From Candidatus Micrarchaeota archaeon (GTDB lineage Archaea; Micrarchaeota; Micrarchaeia; Micrarchaeales; Micrarchaeaceae): 24,000 nucleotides of DNA. Shown here piece by piece: positions 19,331 through 24,000 of this stretch. Location: the NCBI GenBank assembly GCA_021801355.1, contig JAJYYB010000010.1, forward strand, positions 104,272 to 128,271. Direction: 5' to 3'. Within the stretch, counting starts at the first letter, position 1. Every line of letters begins with the position of its first letter. The notes beneath the pieces are model-generated. The model made no database searches, was not told the origin of the DNA, and was given only the letters and a program-made list of their open reading frames with translations. Made by a program: the position numbers and the translations under genes.

Positions 19331-20413
19331 ATGAGAAGCGTCGCGAATAGGATTGCAAGGATATTCGAATCGTTCAAGGGCGACGCGGTGCTGCTTTACA
19401 ACACCGGGCTAGTTGACAGCAACTTCCTTTACATGAGCGGCTTCACGAGCGGCATATTCGAAAATAGCACCTTGATTGTGACCAGGCGTGGAATGCTGCT
19501 GCTGACCAGCGAACTTGAGTACGACACTGCGCGCTCTCAGATGCCGAGGGAGATGACAGTGGAGAAGTGTGCCGGAGGCAAGCAACTGGGGGATAAGCTC
19601 TCCGCGCATCTCAGGGGCAAGGTTGTTGGGGTAAATGCCGACTTCCTCCCTTACAAACACTTTATTAATCTGAAGAAGCTCTCCAAGGCGAAGGGCTTCA
19701 TTGATGCGTCTGCAGCGTTCTCGGATGCTAGGCTGATAAAGGACCCGGACGAGATAGGGAGTATAAGGGAAGCGGTAAATATAGTAAAAAGGTCTTTCGC
19801 AGAGATTGATAGGTATTTTAAGGAAGGGATTACGGAAAAGGAGCTGGCGGCTGAGTTCGATTATATAATGAGAAAACACGGTGCAGCGGAGCCATCGTTC
19901 AAAACCATAATAGCCTTTGGGAAGAACGCAGCGCTACCGCATCACGCCCCTGATAATACGCGATTGAAGGAGAATGAATTCGTGCTTATAGACGCCGGTG
20001 CGAAGTACAAGAACTACTGCTCGGACCTTACGCGCACCTTCATATTCAAGCCGGATACCAAATCAGAAAAGTACAGGAGGATGCAGGATATGATAGAAGT
20101 CGTAAGGAAGGCCCAGTCGCTTGCGCTTAAGGCGATAAGACCCGGGGAGGAGGGCAGCGATATACACAAGGTAGCTGCCGATTACATAAACAGCGCGCAC
20201 AACGGCATTTACAAGGGCAAATTCATACACGGGCTCGGCCATTCGATAGGCATAGATGTGCACGATGGTGCAAGGATTTCTAGCTTAGCAAAGACAAAAC
20301 TGGAAAAAGGCATGATCTTCAGCGACGAACCAGGCATCTACTTGGTAGGATTCGGAGGGGTAAGATTTGAAGACGACGTTCTTGTAGAGGAAAACGGTGG
20401 AAGATTCTTGTGA
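19331..20413 (+). CDS. pepQ: M24B family Xaa-Pro dipeptidase/aminopeptidase (prolidase-like)
   Basis: The pita-bread fold metal ligands sit in the expected context: LIDAGAKYKNYCSDLTRTF (Asp, Asp), HGLGHSIGIDVHD (His), FSDEPGIY (Glu) and GGVRFEDDVLV (Glu). The ATG is at 19331, whereas the track begins one codon earlier at TTG 19328. Confidence 0.85.
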   Translation: MRSVANRIARIFESFKGDAVLLYNTGLVDSNFLYMSGFTSGIFENSTLIVTRRGMLLLTSELEYDTARSQMPREMTVEKCAGGKQLGDKLSAHLRGKVVGVNADFLPYKHFINLKKLSKAKGFIDASAAFSDARLIKDPDEIGSIREAVNIVKRSFAEIDRYFKEGITEKELAAEFDYIMRKHGAAEPSFKTIIAFGKNAALPHHAPDNTRLKENEFVLIDAGAKYKNYCSDLTRTFIFKPDTKSEKYRRMQDMIEVVRKAQSLALKAIRPGEEGSDIHKVAADYINSAHNGIYKGKFIHGLGHSIGIDVHDGARISSLAKTKLEKGMIFSDEPGIYLVGFGGVRFEDDVLVEENGGRFL

Positions 20414-20419
20414 GCGCGT

Positions 20420-22297
20420 TCAGGTCTTTGCCTCGCCCAGCAGCATTTCGTTGAGTTCCGAACCATCCACGTTCAGCCTGTATTTTGACATTATCAATCT
20501 GCGCACCTCGTCTGGCTGACCGCTTTTAGCCTCCTTCGTAGTAGAATTCACGAGGTCGAGCAATTTCTCACCTCGGATTCGCTCAAGCTTTAGTTCTCTT
20601 ACTAACCCAGGCACATCGCGCTTGCCTGAGGAGAGCGCCTTTAGCAGTTCGTCCACTGCTTGCTTGGTTATCGAGCCATCCGCATACTGAGAGAACACAT
20701 CCATTACGCTCGCCTCCGGTATGCTGTCAACATCGAAACCGCTGCGCTTAAGCTCCGTGAATTTTTGCAATAGTATGTTTGCGACGAATGAGCTGTCTAT
20801 TTTCAAAGACGATGCAACGCGCTTGTACAAGCCTAATCTGGGAGAGAGCAACATGCTGTCAGCCAAGGCTGCACTTGAAAGCTGTGCCTTGAGTCTACCA
20901 TGTTCTTTGGCCGAATCGGGGGCGTTAGCCGTGGCCGAATCAAGCATCTCTTTTGTAGCGCCTATTGGCTTGACATCGGTCTCTGGATACATTCTTGAAC
21001 CTGTGGGCAGCGGCCTCAGGAATCTCGTTGTGCACAGATCTGTATTGGCCACACCTCGCGTTTCGAGGGGTATTCCCTCCATGCATGCTTCTGCTCTTCC
21101 AACTGCAAGTGAGGCAGCCTTCATCGCCTGGCTTTTCTGACCTGCGATAAGTATGAAAGCATCGTTCTTGCCGAGTCCTAGCGCCTTTGATATATTCGCC
21201 TTTTCATCATCCGAGAATCCATATCTATCGAGGTTCTCATCGCTGTGTATTATTCCGTGCACGCCTGCAGCCTTGGCATAGTCACTTATCTCGCTGCCAA
21301 GCCGCCTGTCTGGATTAACTTCCTTCCCTAGCAAGCCCGAGAATCCCTCGAGCCTGAATCCAGCTACCGCGCCGTTTTTAGCCAGCTGCGTCTTTATTAT
21401 CTTGACGGATGTATCAGCGAATATTTCAGTGATATCCTTAGGCGTGTGTATTTTCGGATTTCTTTGTTTCAGCTCATCCTTTATTTCAAGGAGCTTCATC
21501 TGCCTAGTTATCTCATTCATAATGAACTTGTCCATCAGGTCAAGCTCTTGCAATCCCTTTATCTCGGCTCTTGCACCTCCCCTTATCGAAACGTTTACGT
21601 CCTGCCTTATTGTACCGAGACCTCTTTGAACGCCTCCGGAAATCCTGAGTAGCATGCCTATCGCAAGCGCTACCGACTTTGCGGCTGCAGGTGTTGGTAT
21701 GTACGGATCGGTATCTATCTCGACCAGAGGTATTCCCAACCTGTCCGTGTTGTATACTATGGAATTCTCCGATGAAGACTCTATGCCGCTCGATTCCTCC
21801 TCAAGGAAGAGCTTTTGTACCATGACCTTCAAGCCTTCGGGAGTGGTTATACTGCCGTTTAGGCCTATGAGGATGGTGCGTTGGAAGGCGCTCGGATCGC
21901 TGCCATCCACCACGCTCTTGCGCATGACCTGAAATTCGTCGATTATTTCCATGCTCAACGACTTTGAGAAGGCGAGAGCTAGTGAAAGGGCCTCCTTGTT
22001 GAGCTCGTGCGGTGGCTCCTCGTCTATCTCGACCAGGCACGTATTGTCGCCGTAGATGTTGTATGTGAATTCCCTGTCCTTGAATTCCTCATACTGGGCT
22101 GATAGATCCACCGAGCCCAGTTCTCCTGCTACCGCTCTCTGGTGCCTTCTTATGCTTGCAATAGGTTTTTCTGAAAGTGGCGGCATGCCTGTTGAGCAGC
22201 TGCAGAAAAGCTTCTCCTTTGTAGCAAGCCTCTGGTGTACCTCTATCCCGCAGAGGAATCCTATTTTCTTATAAAATTCAGAATCATTAGCTTCCAT
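20420..22297 (-). CDS. gatE: Glutamyl-tRNA(Gln) amidotransferase subunit E
   Basis: The 625-aa ORF reads GIEVHQRL, KLFCSC, NTCLVEIDEEPP, IPLVEIDTDP, IRQDVNVSI and RMYPETD, with a GatB/YqeY-like C-terminal tail. It starts 9 nt after the gatD stop. Confidence 0.93.
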   Translation of the reverse strand: MEANDSEFYKKIGFLCGIEVHQRLATKEKLFCSCSTGMPPLSEKPIASIRRHQRAVAGELGSVDLSAQYEEFKDREFTYNIYGDNTCLVEIDEEPPHELNKEALSLALAFSKSLSMEIIDEFQVMRKSVVDGSDPSAFQRTILIGLNGSITTPEGLKVMVQKLFLEEESSGIESSSENSIVYNTDRLGIPLVEIDTDPYIPTPAAAKSVALAIGMLLRISGGVQRGLGTIRQDVNVSIRGGARAEIKGLQELDLMDKFIMNEITRQMKLLEIKDELKQRNPKIHTPKDITEIFADTSVKIIKTQLAKNGAVAGFRLEGFSGLLGKEVNPDRRLGSEISDYAKAAGVHGIIHSDENLDRYGFSDDEKANISKALGLGKNDAFILIAGQKSQAMKAASLAVGRAEACMEGIPLETRGVANTDLCTTRFLRPLPTGSRMYPETDVKPIGATKEMLDSATANAPDSAKEHGRLKAQLSSAALADSMLLSPRLGLYKRVASSLKIDSSFVANILLQKFTELKRSGFDVDSIPEASVMDVFSQYADGSITKQAVDELLKALSSGKRDVPGLVRELKLERIRGEKLLDLVNSTTKEAKSGQPDEVRRLIMSKYRLNVDGSELNEMLLGEAKT

Positions 22298-22306
22298 ACC
22301 ATTTCA

Positions 22307-23647
22307 CTAAACAAGGAACTCGTCGAATTCCAGCCTCCGGTGTATCTCCCCGGCTATGTTGCTGCCGAGCATGGACTTGGCCTTTTCCTTTCCGTAGTTG
22401 CCCAGTAGCCAGCAGAGTTTTATCTGGGCGACCTCTGGCATCATGTCTTCGCAGTAGATTACACCTAGGTTGCTTAAAAGCCTGAGGTTCTTGTAAACGT
22501 TTGGATGCACCCTGCCGTAAAGGCACTGCGATGTCATGCCAACTATCAGGCCGCTATCCAATGCATTTTTTATATGCGGAAGCCACATGAACTCATCGTG
22601 CTTGGTCGAGACAGGGGCGTGGCCGAGCCCTGTGCCCTCGATTATTATACCGTTGTAGCCTTCCCTTATGTAAAAGTCGATTATCTTCGGGTCTGAGTTT
22701 GGATATACCTTAACTAGCGCCACCTTCGGATCGAATTTTGTCTTTAATTCCAGTGTGGAGGGCTTTTTGGCCTCGGCTTTGTTGTACCCCTTTGAATAGC
22801 TTATCGATCCGTTCTTATCGACATATGCCATCGGCTTGTCGTTTATAGGCCTGAACGCGTCCCTCCTTGATGTATGCATCTTCCTCGCCTTTACGCCCCT
22901 GATGAATATGCACCTCCCATCAGAGCTCTGCTCGTGCATGCATATTCCTACCTCTGCTATGTCAGAGAAGGCAGCGAGCCTTGTGGCAGAGACCAGATTT
23001 ATGAAGCCGTCGCTAGAGCCCCTGTCGCTGCTCCTTTGAGCGCCAGTAATGACAACGGGGCCGTCGAGGTTGCGGAGCATGAAGCTAAGGGCTGCTGCAG
23101 TGTAGTGCATTGCGTCTGTTCCCATTGTTATTATGACTCCGCGCGCACCGTTGTTGAAAGCTTTTGTAACGCTTTCCGCTATCTTGACCCATTCCATGTA
23201 CGATAGGTCCTCGCTGGCCACGCTCATTAGCATGTCTACTGATATGTTGGCTATGTCCTGGATTTCCGGAACCTTGTATAGTAACTCCTCGGGCTTGAGC
23301 AGCATTGATACCCCTCCCGTTTCGTAGTCCACCCTGCTCCCTATTGTGCCACCAGTGTAGATGAGTGTTACGTTGGGCGCTGATTTGTCGTGCTTGAGTG
23401 CAACCTTTGGGAACGATCCTATATTTGCAACTCCGCTCGAAAGCTTCTCTATCTTCAGATCGGATGTAAGCTTTATGCCGACGTTGTAGCCGTCCTTCAT
23501 CTTTATTATTACGGTATCCTTGCCGCCTATGTTGGCCTTGGGCATAAGTTCCCCCTCCAACTGCGTGGCGCCCTTGGATAGCATTATCTGGTCGCCTACC
23601 TTTATCCCGTTCTTGTCAAGCAGCTTCTGTATCTCTTCGCTATACAA
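22307..23647 (-). CDS. gatD: Glutamyl-tRNA(Gln) amidotransferase subunit D (asparaginase-like)
   Basis: The 446-aa ORF has an N-terminal GatD-specific domain (GDQIMLSKGATQLEGELMP). It also carries the asparaginase signature LIYTGGTIGS and, further on, ITMGTDAMHYTAAALSF. It has a TTG start (caa at 23645-23647). The full-length N-terminal domain supports this start. It begins 5 nt after the upstream stop. Confidence 0.92.
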   Translation of the reverse strand: MYSEEIQKLLDKNGIKVGDQIMLSKGATQLEGELMPKANIGGKDTVIIKMKDGYNVGIKLTSDLKIEKLSSGVANIGSFPKVALKHDKSAPNVTLIYTGGTIGSRVDYETGGVSMLLKPEELLYKVPEIQDIANISVDMLMSVASEDLSYMEWVKIAESVTKAFNNGARGVIITMGTDAMHYTAAALSFMLRNLDGPVVITGAQRSSDRGSSDGFINLVSATRLAAFSDIAEVGICMHEQSSDGRCIFIRGVKARKMHTSRRDAFRPINDKPMAYVDKNGSISYSKGYNKAEAKKPSTLELKTKFDPKVALVKVYPNSDPKIIDFYIREGYNGIIIEGTGLGHAPVSTKHDEFMWLPHIKNALDSGLIVGMTSQCLYGRVHPNVYKNLRLLSNLGVIYCEDMMPEVAQIKLCWLLGNYGKEKAKSMLGSNIAGEIHRRLEFDEFLV

Positions 23648-23652
23648 TCAAA

Positions 23653-24000
23653 TCATCTGCGTTTACTGCGCCTTTCCATAGACGCCGCTTATTGAGGCCT
23701 CGTATATGTTTGCCGAAATGGTTGAACCCAAGAGGAGTGAATCGTCAGCATCCCTTATGACGACCTCCTTGTATTCTCCTGTCCTGCCGTTTATGGAACG
23801 AATGTCTTTCTCTGTAATAAGTACCGGCACCGTCTTACCTATGAGCCTCGAGTTTTCCTTGTGCTGCAGAGCTCTAGTGAAGCGGTACAGGTCCGTACTC
23901 CTGTTGTTCAGAGTTGACTGGGGAAGTTGCTTTAGCTTTGAAGCCCTTGCATGGGGTCTCTGGGCGAATCTCGATATGTTTGTTATGCCAGGCTTTATCT
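23653..24000 (-). CDS. C-terminal 115 codons of a MiaB/MtaB-like radical-SAM methylthiotransferase (TRAM domain end). The N-terminus lies beyond the window end.
   Basis: I translated the reverse strand by hand. It reads ...IKPGITNISRFAQRPHARASKLKQLPSQSTLNNRSTDLYRFTRALQHKENSRLIGKTVPVLITEKDIRSINGRTGEYKEVVIRDADDSLLLGSTISANIYEASISGVYGKAQ, with the stop at 23653-23655. The layout fits the C-terminal end of archaeal MtaB-type enzymes: a G-T-x-A-type segment, an [ILV]-G-x-x-x-x-V-L-[IV]-E strand, then a TRAM beta-barrel. Only the tail is visible. Confidence 0.6.

Noticed and set aside
1-24000. CRISPR arrays, rRNA genes, transposases, integrases, toxin-antitoxin pairs or known defence-system genes.
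   Set aside because: I looked for regularly spaced repeats, long terminal inverted repeats and signature motifs (DDE, tyrosine recombinase R-H-R-Y, Cas, PIN, etc.) and found none. The only repeats are the short ones already reported under features and findings.

Overview
This is a compact, gene-dense archaeal chromosomal segment. The archaeal calls rest on GatD/GatE, a Sec61-beta homologue, an Nre-type repair protein, TATA boxes about 25-35 nt upstream of starts and tRNAs, an intron-containing tRNA, and frequent GTG/TTG starts. Gaps between genes are as short as 1-16 nt. I support 21 CDSs, 2 tRNAs and 1 decayed gene; two of the CDSs run off the window edges. Most of the content is housekeeping: class II LysRS (partial), a class III aminotransferase, Nnr, ArgRS, tRNA-Arg(CCU), tRNA-Glu(CUC), an M24 prolidase-like peptidase, GatD/GatE and an MtaB-like methylthiotransferase (partial). 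The standout is a coenzyme-A-centred locus at 14119-18007. One 652-aa ORF fuses an N-terminal NRDE/TANGO2-family Cys-Ntn domain in frame to CoaC-CoaB. A bacterial-type CoaD is transcribed divergently from it, and an acyl-CoA dehydrogenase follows 16 nt downstream. This is a Rosetta-stone-type link between the poorly understood TANGO2/NRDE family and CoA metabolism. Other notable items:
- a 36-nt non-canonical intron in the T-loop of tRNA-Arg, immediately downstream of argS
- a heavily sequon-loaded DsbA-like exported protein whose CXXC site reads EPGA
- a decayed DUF460/COG2433-like gene next to tRNA-Glu
- a beta-helix plus transglutaminase-core protein
- a three-gene membrane operon (DoxX-like, exported protein, RnfD/NqrB-like)
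- a Sec61-beta gene too short for the ORF track
- bacterial-type enzymes (class II LysRS, CoaD) in an archaeal background
I found no CRISPR array, rRNA, transposase or integrase. The lineage cannot be established from the window. The mix of features would fit a small-genome DPANN/Micrarchaeota-like archaeon, but that is only a guess. All similarity statements come from reading motifs by eye, not from database searches.
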